This document shows positions 37,201-52,200 of a stretch of DNA of 64,000 bases, piece by piece. Positions within the stretch are counted from its first letter, which is position 1. Every line of letters begins with the position of its first letter. The stretch lies in the NCBI RefSeq assembly GCF_964204645.1, contig NC_134033.1:4240231-4304230 (forward strand), given 5' to 3'. Below the pieces are notes generated by a model that was not told where the DNA came from, did no database searches, and worked only from the letters and a program-made list of their open reading frames with translations. Made by a program: the position numbers and the translations under genes. Origin of the DNA: Tubulanus polymorphus. Taxonomy: Eukaryota; Animalia; Nemertea.

Positions 37201-40200
37201 GCATTAAAATCGTTTATTTCTGTTTCACAAATGAATGTCGTGTGCTTCTCCTCGATTTGACACGGGAATCGAACCCAGTTCGCCGATCCTCGTGGATTAT
37301 TAAGTATCATCGCCGTACACGGCATATTGACGTCATTTATCGGTTGTTTTCTTAGCGGAGATATCAATCCTCGAATAACTTCTGGTATCGTTTCATTAAC
37401 AGCAGCAGGTTCGAACCATTCTGTGTAACTGAACGGTTTCCCATCAGACCACGAGTAATAACCACTGGACTCCTTTAATTAAAAAAAAAAAAACAAAAAA
37501 AAAACAAACACTTGTTATACGTACATTGCAGAAAACTTTTTGGATTATTTTCTCTGTGTTCTAATCATTTTTGGAATAACTTCATATCTTGACACATGAC
37601 AAGAATATAGATCATAATCATCAAAGCTCAATTAGATGATTGATATTTGATATGTATTTTACCTGCCATTTCAGTCCAATCATCACAATAAGCGCCGCCT
37701 GTGAATATGCCTCATGAAGCAGTTTTGTAGCGAACAGCTTTTTCACGGCCATCATTTCATGTTGAGAGTTGATACTGAGAAGATGTCCACCATATTTCTG
37801 TTGACAGTAAATTTCAGCGTTCTCCCAATTCAGACGTTCGTGTTTAATGTATCTAATACACGAAACGCCTGAATCTAGAAAATCTGATCGGCAGCCATTG
37901 ATTCGATGTTTCAGTAAAGGCGATTGTTCTAAAGTGTATTGAATTCGAAATATTGGCATGTACATTGATAACTCAAAATACAAGTCATACCCGAGTAGAC
38001 TGTACAATACAAGTCCTGCTAATGCGTTATTTTCACATATTTTTGTTATATGACGGGTTTCAGTAAAGGAAAATGAATTATTTGGATCATCAAATATTTT
38101 AATAATTTGTCTTAGTAATATTGATCCCCTTGTGCGGGTACCAACAAATTCGGAGCATGATGTTTGTCCGATAAATTTAAACAGGAATCTGATGTAATGA
38201 TTTATATTTTTGTCAGTAGGAAAAGAGAAAATAAAGAATATAGTTGAGGAGGTTGATAATCCAGGGAAGTTTGGTGACTGCACGAGTCCACAATCTACAG
38301 CGTCCCAAGAAATTCCACCAAATGTTCCTGGAATATGTAGACTTTGTTTTAATTTCTGACATTTACGTCGTAATACAATCATTAGTGGTGAACTCCAGAA
38401 TTTATATTTAGTGAGTAATAATTTCACATGGTTAAATACGAGACTGGTATTTAACAATTGACTATTGAGACTTATCGCTGAACAGGGATTCATAGCTCCA
38501 CGATAACAACTGTCAATTTGATATTCGTGTTCTGATAATACATCAATATTTTCAATCGGTAGGCGTCGATTTTCAGGTGTAATCATGAGACAGTATGACG
38601 TCATAGTGATTTGTCGTTCTCCTTCCTGTAGAACATACCCGTCACAATCAGTTGGAACTAATTTTAGTGTACCAGTTACTAGTAGATCTTGCCAGTTGTA
38701 AGCGAATGCTACTACAGTAACCGGTCCACCTGATGTAATCAGGCTGACGACAGATCGACCGTAGTTTGAACCAGGACAATACGGACCATAGTGTCTAGCT
38801 GTGAAATTACCACCATCAAATATATGAAAACCAGCTCTCTCACAATTCTCTGATGAAACTGTTAGTTTTAATCTGCGTGATAAATACTCATAGATGTCGA
38901 TTTTCGAGCTGAATGCAAATCTACTGATACGATATTGTAACTTCCGTTTCGAATAACGGGGGAACAGACTGTAATATGGCACTAAATGATTATTTCCTAC
39001 CTACAATAGATGCAAGCATAAGTAAATCATCGGTATTCAATTATTGTTCAATATGCCGCATTTTCCTTTGCCATTTAGCCGAAAATATTGCGACTCTGTC
39101 GTTAAAGGGTCAATGACTTATGTTCGATCAGGTTTGATTTAAAAGATTACGATTCATTTGAATTTTACACATTATTTCATCGTTATTAAATAATTTAAAT
39201 TCAATACAAGAAATTAAAGATATATTTTCATGCTGTTTTAACTCACTTTTTTATCTTCCACTTTGACGTCTGTTTCCTTCAATGATTCTATTTTGTATTC
39301 GATCGATGTTGAATTCCTCAACGATTTTCCGAAAAGATTCTCTAATGACAATAAACACAATATCACGAGAAATCCGTCAGATTTTACGCCTAACGATTCC
39401 AGGTAGTTTTCGCCGGGTAAAATATCAGTTCCGACAACCGTTAAACCCTCCAGTTTATAAACACCGATGACGTCACCGGAATTGACGAGATCACGTGACC
39501 AGTTGAAGACGACGTACTGCAGTATTTCAGCTGTGATAGACCAGCAGTATAAGCGTTTCGACTGAGTTATTACGTGCGGCCTATCACCAGGAATGAGCAC
39601 TCCGGATCTGTTTTTACAGATCGGAATCGATGGATTCGAAATATTCCAATTTGATATCCTATACAGTTTTACAAATAGATTAGTTTTCAGATTTAATCCG
39701 GCCTGTTTCATTGAAAAAGTGACGACAGCTCTGTTACTTTTCGTGTAAATAGAGATGGGCGGATGTCCGGTTTGTTCCCGTATATTCATTATAGGTTCAC
39801 TTGTGTTCCATCCGTCATAAATTTGAACGGTCACATGTAAACCTGGTTGTTCTAATCTTAAGTCTATTTTCTCAAAAGTCAAATTCATACCGAAACCCTC
39901 TGGTAACCCGGACCACTCCAACTGGAACAGGCGACAAAATACATTCATGAAAATTGCATATTTGTAACCATTTTCAAAAGTTTGTAATTGTTTTATCCTA
40001 TTTGAGTAACAATCGTGAACAGTTTTCAGATGTTTTTCCTCCAAACGATAAAATACATAAACTCGACTTCCTTTCACAACATCATTTACATCACTCTTAA
40101 ACATTAACGTTAATGAATTACTGCGGTAGATATCTAATTGTTTTCCAGCACCGCACAGTAAGTTATCAGAATCGCTGATGCGAAGATAGTTATCTCCACA

Positions 40201-40473
40201 GAATATAGACGGCTCGATGTCGTAGTAAACTTGGACGTGAAAGATACCCGGTAAAGAGCTGTTGACGAACCAACGACATTCAACACCGCGCGTAAACGAC
40301 GGATAATTCGGTGAAACGATGTAACCGGACGTAGAATCGAGTGAAAACCACGTATTGTTACACCGTGAACTGACAGTTACAGACGGTTGATCGGTAGAGA
40401 TCCGATCAGTCGTCTGAACCGACGACAGTTTCATTAGTAGAATGAGTAATAACGTTAAGAGACTGCGCGTCAT
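34242..40473 (-). CDS. GRL101-like class C LGR, copy C, apparently intact, 3 exons, ~1931 aa
   Basis: Exons 40473-39247, 39000-37663 and 37472-34242, the same lengths as copy B (1227/1338/3231 nt). Canonical splice sites, open frame throughout, same domain order. Confidence 0.92.
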
Positions 40474-41931
40474 GTTGACATTCGATCAGTTTAACTCTAA
40501 CTACGGCGAATAGATTTAATCCAATTAATGTTGGGCGTTTCCGAGTTAGAGAGAGAGAGAGAGCGGTAGAGAGGATGAGTCAGACTACACGGCGCTCATT
40601 AAAAATAATTCGATAATTTACGAAACCGAGTAATGATTAACGAGATTAAAAATGCAATGCGACATTTAGTGCCTAGTCAGTTGTATATGTATATATTTAT
40701 GGATACAATTTGAAAACGTCCTTCGTTCAATGGTAAACCGACAACGCTACAGTGGCAAGCGAGGATTCAGCGATAATCCTACAGGTGTCGCTAGTGGTCA
40801 CTGGGTCACCGCGCTGCGAATTTATTTTTTACAAGAGACCCGCGCATGCGCAGTAATAAACACCACGACCATTTAATGATCGTCAGTAGAAAACGGCGGC
40901 GTTTAAAAAAGTAGATTTTTCTTTACATAGTAGTTATTCTATCTCTAGAGAGTCCTGAACGTAAGGTTATTAGCTTTGCGCTAAGGTCCAATGGGTCAGA
41001 GTTAGGTAGTGTAAGCTTAGCTTTAGGATTAGTTTTTTAACGGGAAAAATTATAGGTACAAATGTAATAAATGTAGTTATAAATGTACCTTGCGTGTTCA
41101 AATCCCATTTTGAAATGTAAACTTCGTGGTCAGTTTATGACGCACGCATAGCAATCCAAGTACTGAACTTAGACGTTCCTTATTTTCCGAGACATCTTTT
41201 TTCTCCTAAAGAAATCAAAAATTTCAGGAACTGTGCGCATAAACGCACCCTTTCAAATGAGAATGACACCCATATACTGGAATACACGCGTAGAAAACAG
41301 CGCCGAAACTAAGAGTGACAATAGACGCGCTGCAGTTAAATAGCTATAGTATGAAAAATTGGGAAGATATCTTAACATTTTAATAATGCAGTTCAGCATC
41401 CTGGATTTTAATACGCGCTTAAAAAAACTGACCGACGATTTTCACATCGCTCTCATGTCGCATTGTGGAAAATTTGAGAGATGTTTTTTGCATCTCTGAA
41501 AACTATAGATTCATACGGTTTAAATGTCGTCAAAACTGTCAAATTCCATCAATGGACCAAAGAAACGTGATACAGGACAAGAGTGCCCTAACAAAATGGC
41601 GGCTATAGTTACTGTATGTTTTTTGAACCTTGTTATAACGAGTTCGGATATAAAGATTAATCAGTCATTACGAACCGAGAATTTCATCCGAATCGGATAA
41701 TTTCAATAATTTTAAACCGGATATGCCGGGTGACGATGGTCTGCAATCTCGGGGTACGCGTTAAAAGAAGTCCCGCTGGGTAGGCGCTGTCTGAACTGTG
41801 GTTCATCGTAATATTTTCAAATACCGTGTTATGTTTAATGTCTGATCGTGTTTTTTGAAAAGTGTAGCGGTTATCACTAAAACTGCATTGTAGAGGAAAT
41901 AATTTATAATCATTCTTCATCAATACTATCA

Positions 41932-44900
41932 TCATTTCATTGGTTGTCGTTTTCTGCGTTTATTTCGAGCTCGTATGGATTTCATATCGATAGTTAGAAT
42001 AGTGTAAAGAAGCGGGTTCAGAGTTGAGTTTATCGGCAAGAAAAGAACGGCCAGCCAAGCGGCCACCTGGTTCGGTATCTCGACCGAAAATACGGCGCAA
42101 AACTGAACGATTATCAACGGTAGCCAGCAAAATAAATTACACAAATTGATCACTAAACTGCGTCGAGCTAGAACGAGTTCTGTAGGATCAGCTCTTCCCG
42201 AACCGGACCTGCTTCCGGATACATACTTGTACATCTGCGCGTACGACATCATTATCAGAGTGAGAATGATCGCGTTTAATACAGCGAATATAGCGAACGA
42301 ATATTGCCAACCATTGACATCTATAGATATCAAATTCATAGGTAAACAGATACCCGTACTACCGTAAAAATTATCACCGAAATAAGACGACCGAGACAGT
42401 GGCAGAAAGGCGATTAAACTCAGAAATATTCAGCATAAACAAGACAGAATCACAATGATATTTGAGGATAAAACCGGGTTACCGGAAAATGGGTCGATTA
42501 TATTTGAATATCTGAAACGCGTGAGGAGAAGGAGATATGTTAAAGAGCCTTCGCAAGATATCGTCACAACAATTCCGGCAACAGCGCATAATGAACTGCG
42601 AGTCCAAGTTTCAGAATTCAGAAAATAAACACCTTTATAAACGTGATCTGTTGCAGCGATCAGAAACAGATAAACAGACATCAGCAAATCACAAAGCGCG
42701 ATATTAATGATGAGGATATCCGACGATTTATTTTGCGTTTCTGACGAAACTCGAATCGACCTAAAACGAAATATAATAACGGTAATATTGGAAGCGCAAG
42801 TAAAACAAGCGATGATCCAGATAACAGCTATGAGGACAGTGTTCTCAATGAGGTCCGAACACGATGAGAATTGGTCAGGATCCGGGAGACACCGGTCAAT
42901 ATTCGGCGCCATACAACAGAATTAATACGCGTCCGAAGCGAGAAAATATAAAGACGTCAGATTATCGAAGATATTATTTTCCGTAGAAATTATCCGAGAA
43001 TTGTTGGTGAAATCTAGAACTCCCAGTGAACTCAACCCAGTAAACGCGTATCTGGATATTGATTCGATTACGTTACTGCTGATATTCAAATATTTCAGCG
43101 CTGGTAAACCTCGGAATACGTTACGAGTAAGAAAAGAAATAGAGAGTTCACGGAGATCCATAACCGGAAGTGACGTCAAACCATTGAAGCTTCCATCGTT
43201 CAAATATCTCAGCGGATTTCCGGCGAGTAAAAGTTGTTTCAAACTGTTTAAACCAGTGAATGTATTAGCATGTAGTGATACTAGGCGATTATACGACAGA
43301 TCTAATGTATTTAGATTGCGTAGATTAGAAAACGCGTTGGAGACAATGTCAGATAAATCATTACGGGAAATATTGAGTAAGAAAAGGTACAGAAAAGAGG
43401 AAAATGTCGATTCATTGAATCTAACTCGGTTATTCGATAAAATCAAAACTCGAGTCGACGCGGCAAAAATTCGAGAAATATCCGATAAAAAAGTATTTTC
43501 ACAATCGATGAAACGACCTTGACATTTACAATAGTTAGGACACGTGACGTCGCAGTAAGCCTCCTCATCCGAGTTATGTTTACAATTAACGACGCCATCG
43601 CAAACTTCCGACTGAGGAATACATCGATGTTCGTCAGCGCATTTAAACATTCCCGGACACGAAAACGTTTCGCAATTGAATTCATCTTCTGAATTGGGAC
43701 AATCTGATCGACCATCGCACACGTGTCTAATCGGTATACAGTAAGACGATGGACATTTCACTGTACCAGCTGGACATTCAAACTCATTACAATTCAGTAA
43801 ATGTTCGAGTCTTCTACAAACAGGAAAACCTGTCGACATTCTTTCTAATATACATCTATCTCTTCCCGCGTAACAATGAGGAGAATCGAATGAACATCTT
43901 TGTTTATCCGATTCGGTACAGAGTGAAGTGAAATTGGTCGTGCAGTAGTTCTCTGTAGTGCAGTGAATTTGTGGTTTAATCGTTATGTTGGTTGTTACTA
44001 TTTCATCTTCTTCGAGGTCCCCGCCACAATCTACAACACCATCCCGATACAACAGAGAACTGATACATTCAATATTTACGCACAAAAACCCGTTACATTC
44101 GTCCGAAGAGCAGCCGATCTCATCGGATTTGTCTTGACAATCAACCAGTCCATCACATCGTTTATATTTAACGACACATTGTCCGTCGTTACACTTAAAC
44201 TGATCAGAGGATCATGAAATATGATAGCACGAGTTCTCATCCGAGCCATCGACGCAATCTCTCATAAAGTTACAGAAACCGCTAATCGATATAACCTGTA
44301 CATCGTTACAGCGGAACTGACTGTGTAAATTTATATCCGTACAATCGAGTTCATCTTCACCGTGTTGACAGTCGTGTCTGGTATCACATACGCGATGGTC
44401 GCTGATACATCTTTGATCGTTACATTCAAACTGCCACGATTTACAACCGCTTATAGAAGCTAACTCTTCACCAGTTACATCGTAGGAACATAGCACGGAA
44501 TGCGCTTCATCTGTGACATTATCGAAGGCAGTCACTGACCATTTCACTGTTTGAAAATATGTTATCCAATCTCTAATTACAACTGGTTTTATTGCCATAA
44601 TTCTTCCGCTTGTATGATTAGTCAGTATAGCGCCATATTGATGCTGATAGTGGAAAACATTTATCAAATACTGAATTTCAATATTAGATGTTATTATACC
44701 TATGTCTCCACCGATTGTAAGACACATTTCTCTAGCTGTTTGGATTGTTAAACTTTCAGTATAAAGCGTTTGCCAGTCTGTAAGTATCTGATAGCAATGC
44801 GCTTCTATACGAATCCACCCTCTTAGACACGTGGAGTTAAATCGTTCAAAGTTGTTTCGAGTTATTTCAGTTGTATAGTTTTGTGAAGATGTATTTAAAT

Positions 44901-47900
44901 CGTTTCTTTCTGTTTCACAAATGAATGTCGTGTGCGTCTCCTCGATTTGACACGGGAATCGAACCCAGTTCGCTGATCCTCGTGGATTATTCAGTATCAT
45001 CGCCGTACACGGCATATTGACGTCATTCATCGGTTGTTTTCTAAGCGGAGATATCAATCCTCGAATAACTTCCGGTATCGTTTCATTGACAGCAGCAGGT
45101 TCAAACCATTCTGTGTAACTGAACGGTTTCCCATCAGACCACGAGTAATAACCTTTGGACTCCTTTAAAAATAAAAAATACACACTTGTTATACAAGCAT
45201 TGAAGAAAACTCTTTTTGGATTATTTTCTGTGTTCTAATCATTTTAGGAATAGCTTTATATCTTGTCACATGACAAGAACATAAATCATAATCATCAAAG
45301 CTCAATTAGATGATTAATATTTGATATGTATTTTACCTGCCATTTAAGTCCAATCATCACAATAAGCGCCGCCTGTGAATATGCCTCAAGAAGCAGTTTT
45401 GTAGCGAACAGCTTTTTAACGGCCATCATTTCTTGTTTAGAGTTGATGCTGAGAAGATGTCCTCCATATTTCTATTGGCAGTAAATTTCTGCGTTCTCCC
45501 AATTCAGACGTTCATGTTTAATGTATCTAATCTACGAAACGCCCGAATCTATAAAATCTGATCGGCAGCCATTGATTCGGTGTTTCTTTAAAGGCGATTG
45601 TTCTAAAGTGTATTGGATTCGAAATATTGGCATGTACTTTGACAACTCAAAATATAAGTCATACCCGAGTAGACTGTACAATACAAGTCCTGCTAATGCG
45701 TTATTTTCACATATTGTTGTTGTATGACGGGTTTCTGTAAAGGTGGAAAATAAATTGTTCGGATCATCAAATATTTTAATAATTTGTCTTAGTAATATTG
45801 CCCCCCTTGTGCGGGTACCAACAGATTCGGAGCATGTTGTTTGTCTGATAAATTTAAACAGGAATCTGATGTAATGTTTTATATTTTTGTCAGTAGGAAA
45901 AGAAAAACTAAAGAATATAGTTGAGGAGGTTGATAATCCAGGGAAGTCCGGTGACTGCACGAGTCCACAATCTACAGCGTTCCTTGTGTTTCCACCCATA
46001 AACCGTGGAATCAGTTGACTTCGTTTTAATTTCTGACATTTACGTCGTAATACAATCATTAGTGGTGAACTCCAGATCGCGTAATAATTTCACATGGTTT
46101 AATACGAGACTGGTATTTAACACGTGACTATTGAGACTTATCGCTAAACAGGGATTCACAGCTCCTCGATAACATCTGTCAATTTGATATTCGTGTTCTG
46201 ATAATACATCAATTTTTTCTATCGGTAGGCGTCGATTTTCAGGTGTGATCACGAGACAATATGACGTCATTGTGATTTGTCGTTCTCCTCCCTGTAGAAA
46301 ATAACTGTCACAATCAGTAGGAACTAATTTTAGTCTACCAGATCCCAGTATATCATGCCAGTTGTAAGCGTATGCTACTACAGTAACCGGTCCACCTGTT
46401 GTAATCAGGCTGACGACAGATCGACCAAAGTATGAACCAGGACAATACGGACCATAGCGTCTAGCTGTGAAATTACTACCATCAAATATATAAAAACTAG
46501 CTCGATCACAATTCTCTGATAAAACTGCTAGTTTTAAGTTCTGCTCATAGATGTCGACCTTCCAGCTCAGCGCAAGTCTTATGATACGATATTGTAAGTT
46601 TCGTTTCGAATGAGCGGGGAACATATGATAGTGCTCTAAACCATTATTGTTAACCTATAATAGATGCAAAATGGAGTTAATCATCGGTATTCAATTAATA
46701 TTCAATGCATGATTTTCCTTTACCATTTAACCGAAAAATAAATTGCGACTCGGCCGTTAAATGGTCAATGACTTATGTGCAACAAGAACGAGTTTGATTT
46801 CAAAGATTACGATTTATATGAATTTTACACATTATTTCATCATTATCAAACAATTTCAAATCAATACAATGAATTGAAGATATATTTTCATGCTGTTTTA
46901 ACTCACTTTTTTATCTTCCACTTTGACGTCTGTTTCCCTCAATGATTCTATTTTGTAGTCGATCGATGTTAAATTCCTCAAAGATTTTCCCGAAAGATTC
47001 TCTGATAACAGTAAACACAATATGACGAGAAATCCGTCAGATTTTACACCTAACGATTGCAGGTAGTTTTCGCCGAGTAAAATTTCAGTTCCGACAACCG
47101 TTAAACCTTCCACTTTATAAACACCGATGACGCCACCGGAAGTGACGAGATCACGTGACCAGTTGAAGACGACGTACTGCAGTATTTCAGCTGTGATAGA
47201 CCAGCAGTATAAACGTTTAGACTGAGTTATTACGTGCGGCCTATCACCAGGAATGAGCACTCCGGATTTGTTTTTACAGATCGGAATCGATGGATTAGAA
47301 ATATTCCAATCTGATATCCTATACAGTTTTACAAATAGATTTGTTTTGAGATTTAATCCGGCCTGTTTCATTGAAAAAGTGACGACAGCTCTGTTAGTTT
47401 TAGTGTAAATAGAGATGGGCGGATGTCCGGTTTGTTCCCGTATATTCATTATAGGTTCACTTGTGTTCCATCCGTCATAAATTTGAACGGTCAAATGTAA
47501 ACCTGGTTGTCGTAATCTAAAATCTATTTTCTCAAAAGTCATATTCATACCGAAACCCTCTTGTATCCCGGACCACTCGAGCTGCAGGAAATTACATAGT
47601 CCACGCATGGTGATAGCAAATTTATAATCAGTTTTAAAAGTTTGTAATTGTTTTAGTTCGTTGGAGATACAGTGGTGAACAGTTTTCAGATGATTTTCCT
47701 CCAAACGATAAAATACATAAACTCGACTTCCTTTCACAACATCATTTACATCACTCTTAAACATCAACGATAATGAATTACTGCGGTAAATATCTAATTG
47801 TTTGCCAGCACCGCACAGTAAGTTATCAGAATCGCTGATGCGAAGATAGTTATCTCTACAGAATATCGACGGCTCGATGTCGTAGTAAACTTGGACGCGA

Positions 47901-48133
47901 AAGGTACCCGGTAAAGAGCTGTTGACGAACCAACGACACTCAACACCGCGCGTAAACGACGGATAATTCGGTGAAACGATGTAACCGGACGTAGAATCGA
48001 GTGAAAACCACGTATTGTTACACCGTGAACTGACAGTTACAGACGGTTGATCGGTAGAGATCCGATCAGTCGTCTGAACCGACGACAGTTTCATTAGTAG
48101 AATGAGTAATAACGTTAAGAGACTGCGCGTCAT
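41932..48133 (-). pseudogene. GRL101-like LGR copy D, pseudogene
   Basis: Exons 48133-46907, 46654-45337 and 45162-41932. Exon 2 has a net ~11-nt deletion/frameshift at ~46076 and in-frame TAG codons at ~45532 and ~45473. Exon 3 has three nonsense codons (44212-44214, 42922-42924, 42430-42432). Confidence 0.9.
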
Positions 48134-49287
48134 GTTGACATTCTCCTCGATCAGTTTAACTCTAACCACAGCGAATAGATTTTAATCCAATTAATGTTGG
48201 GCGTTTCCGAGTGAGAGAAAGAGAGAGAGAGAGTGGTAGAGAGGATGAGTCCGACTACACGGCGCTCACTAAAAATTAAATTCGATAATCTACGAAACCG
48301 AGTAATGATTAACGAGATTAAATATCTTATTCGATATTCAGTGCCTCGTCATTTCTATATTTATATATCTACATACAATTTTAAAATGTCCCTCGTCCAG
48401 TGGTAAACCGACAACGCTACAGCGGGAAGCGAGGATTCAGAGATAATCCTCCAGGTGTCGCTAGTGGCACTGGGTTACCGCACTGCAAACTTATTTTTCA
48501 CAAGAGACCCGCGCATGCGCTGTATTAAACACCACGACTATCAGACGATCCCAATTTTGATTGTTGATAGAAACTGGCGGCTTTTTTGATAGTAGTTATT
48601 TCTATCTATAGAGAGTCCGGAGCGTAAGGGCATGAGGTTTATACCACAGGGTCGAAAGGGTCAGAGTTAGGTTTGGGTTCGAGAAGGCTTAGGTTTAGGA
48701 TCAGTGTTTTAACGGGAAAAACAATAGGAACAAATGTAATAAATGTAGATATAGTTAAAAGTTGCTTAGCCGGCACTCGAGCTTGTGTGTTCGAATCCTA
48801 TTCTGACCTGTCAACTTCGAATTTTCCAAGACGACTAAACACACTGAAAAACTGATAAAGACAATTATCTATGAACTATTTTATTATGTTAATGTGATGA
48901 TACCTTATCTGCTGAAAAGTGAACTATCTGCAATAAACCATTAAGCAAGTGCTAGCCGACATTTTGTTAGGGTACTTTTGTCCCGTATTGTTGGTCATTT
49001 TATTCTCTTTTTTAAAATCCATTTGTGACGCGTGTTTTATCATGTTTTTTTGGGGTCCATTGGTGGAATTTGACAGTTTTAACAACATTTAAACCGTATG
49101 AATCTCTAGTTTTCAGTGATGCAAAAGTCAGCTCTCAAATTTGCAACAATGCGACATGAAAGTGACATGAAAAACGGTGGTCAGTTTTTGACACCGACAT
49201 AAAAATCTATTTTTTGAAAAGTGAAGGGGTTATCACTAAAACAGCATTGTAGAGGAAATAAGATATAATCATTCATCAATAATATCA

Positions 49288-52200
49288 TCATTTTATTGGT
49301 TGTCGTTTTCTGCGTTTATTTCGAGCTCGTATGGATTTCATATCGATAGTTAGAATAGTGTAAAGAAGCGGGTTCAGAGTTGAGTTTATCGGCAAGAAAA
49401 GAACGGCCAGCCAAGCGGCAACCTGGTTCGGTATCTCGACCGAAAAAACGGCGCAAAACTGAACGATTATCAACGGTAACCAGCAAAATAAATTACACAA
49501 ATTGATGACTAAACTGCGTCGAGCTAGAACGAGTTCTGTAGGATCAGCTCTACCCGAACCGGACCTGCTTCCGGATACATACTTGTACATCTGCGCGTAC
49601 GACATCATTATCAGAGTGAGAATGCGTTTAATACAGCGAATATAGCGAACGAATATTGCCAACCATTGACATCTATAGATATTAAATTCATAGGTAAACA
49701 GATACCCGTACTACCGTAAAAATTATCACCGAAATAAGACGACCGAGACAGTGGCAGAAAGGCGATTAAACTCAGAAATATCCAGCATAAACAAGACAGA
49801 ATCACAATGATATTTGAGGATAAAACCGGGTTACCGGAAAATGGGTCGATTATATTTGAATATCTGAAACGCGTGAGGAGAAGGAGATATGTTAAAGAGC
49901 CTTCGCAAGATATCGTCACAACAATTCCGGCAACACCGCATAATGAACTGCGAGTCCAAGTTTCAGAATTCAGAAAATAAACACCTTTATAAACGTGATC
50001 AGTTGCAGCGATCAGAAACAGATAAACAGACATCAGCAAATCACAAAGCGCGATATTAATGATGAGGATATCCGACGATTTATTTTGCGTTTCTGACGAA
50101 ACTCGAATCGACCTAAAACGAAATATAATAACGGTAATATTGGAAGCGCAAGTAAAACAAGCGATGATCCAGATAACAGCTGTGAGGACAGTGTTCTCAA
50201 TGAGGTCCGAACACGATGAGAATTGGTCAGGATCCGGGAGACACCGGTCAATATTCGGCGCCATACAACAGAATTTATACGCGTCGGAAGCGAGAAAATA
50301 TAAAGACGTCAGATTATCGAAGATATTATTTTCCGTAGAAATTATCCGAGAATTGTTGGTGAAATCTAGAACTCCCAGTGAACTCAACCCAGTTAACGCG
50401 TATCTGGATATTGATTCGATTACGTTACTGCTGATATTCAAATATTTCAGCGCTGGTAAACCTCGGAATACGTTACGAGTAAGAAAAGAAATAGAGAGTT
50501 CACGGAGATCCATAACCGGAAGTGACGTCAAACCATTGAAGCTTCCATCGTTCAAATATCTCAGCGGATTTCCGGCGAGTAAAAGTTGTTTCAAACTGTT
50601 TAAACCGGTGAATGTATTAGCATGTAGTGATACTAGGCGATTATACGACAGATCTAATGTATTTAGATTGCGTAGATTAGAAAACGCGTTGGAGACAATG
50701 TCAGATAAATCATTACGGGAAATATTGAGTAAGAAAAGATACAGAAAAGAGGAAAATGTCGATTCATTGAATCTAACTCGGTTATTCGATAAAATCAAAA
50801 CTCGAGTCGACGCGGCAAAAATTCCAGAAATGTCCGATAAAAAAGTATTTTCACAATCGATGAAACGACCTTGACATTTACAATAGTTAGGACACGTGAC
50901 GTCGCAGTAAGCCTCGTCATCCGAGTTACGTTTACAATTAACGACACCATCGCAAACTTCCGACTGAGGAATACATCGATGTTCGTCAGCGCATTTAAAC
51001 ATTCCCGGACACGAAAACGTTTCGCAATTGAGTTCATCTTCTGAATTAGGACAATCTGATCGACCATCGCACACGTGTCTAATCGGTATACAGTAAGACG
51101 ATGGACATTTCACTGTACCAGCTGCACATTCAAACTCATTACAATTCAGTAAATGTTCGAGTCTTCTACAAACAGGAAAACCTGTCGGCATTCTTTCTAA
51201 AATACATCTATCTCTCCTCGCATAACAATGAGGAGAATCGAATGAACATCTTTGTTTATCCGATTCTGTACAGAGTGAAGTGAAATTGGTCGTGCAGTAG
51301 TTCTCTGTAGTGCAGTTACTTTGTGGTTTGATTGTTATATTGGTCGTTACTATTTCATCTTCTTCGAGGTCCCCGCCACAATCTACAACACCATCCCGAT
51401 ACAACAGAGAACTGATACATTCATCATTTACGCACAAAAACCCGTTACATTCGTCCGAAGAGCAGCCGATCTCATCGGATTTATCTTGACAATCAACCAG
51501 TCCATCACATCGTTTATATTTAACGACACATTGTCCGTCGTTACACTTAAATTGATCAGAGGAACATGAAATATGATAGCACGAGTTCTCATCCGATCTA
51601 TCGACGCAATCTCTCATAAAGTTACAGAAACCGCTAATCGATATAACCTGCCCATCGTTACAGCGGAACTGACTGTGTAAATTGATATCCGTACAATCGA
51701 GTTCATCTTCACCGTGTTGACAGTCGTTTCTGGTATCGCATACGCGATGGTCGCTGATACATCTTTGATCGTTACATTCAAACTGCCACGATATACAACC
51801 GCTTACAGAAGCTAACTCTTCACCAGTTACATCATAGGAACATAGCACGGAATGCGCTTCATCTTTGACATTATCGAAGGCAGTCACTGACCATTTCACT
51901 GTTTGAAAATAAGTTATCCAATCTCTAAGTACAACTGGTTTTATTGCCATAATTCCTCCGCTTGTATGATTAGTCAGTATAGCGTCATATTGATGCTGAT
52001 AGTGGAAAAAATTTATCAAATGCTGAACTTCAATACTAGATGTTATTATACCTATGTCTCCACCGATTGTAAGACACATTTCTCTGGCTGTTTGGATTGA
52101 TAAACTTTCAGTGTTGAGCGTTTGCCAGGCTGTAAGTATTTGATAGCAATGCGCTTCTATACGAATCCACCCTCTTAGACACGTGGAGTTAAATCGTTCA

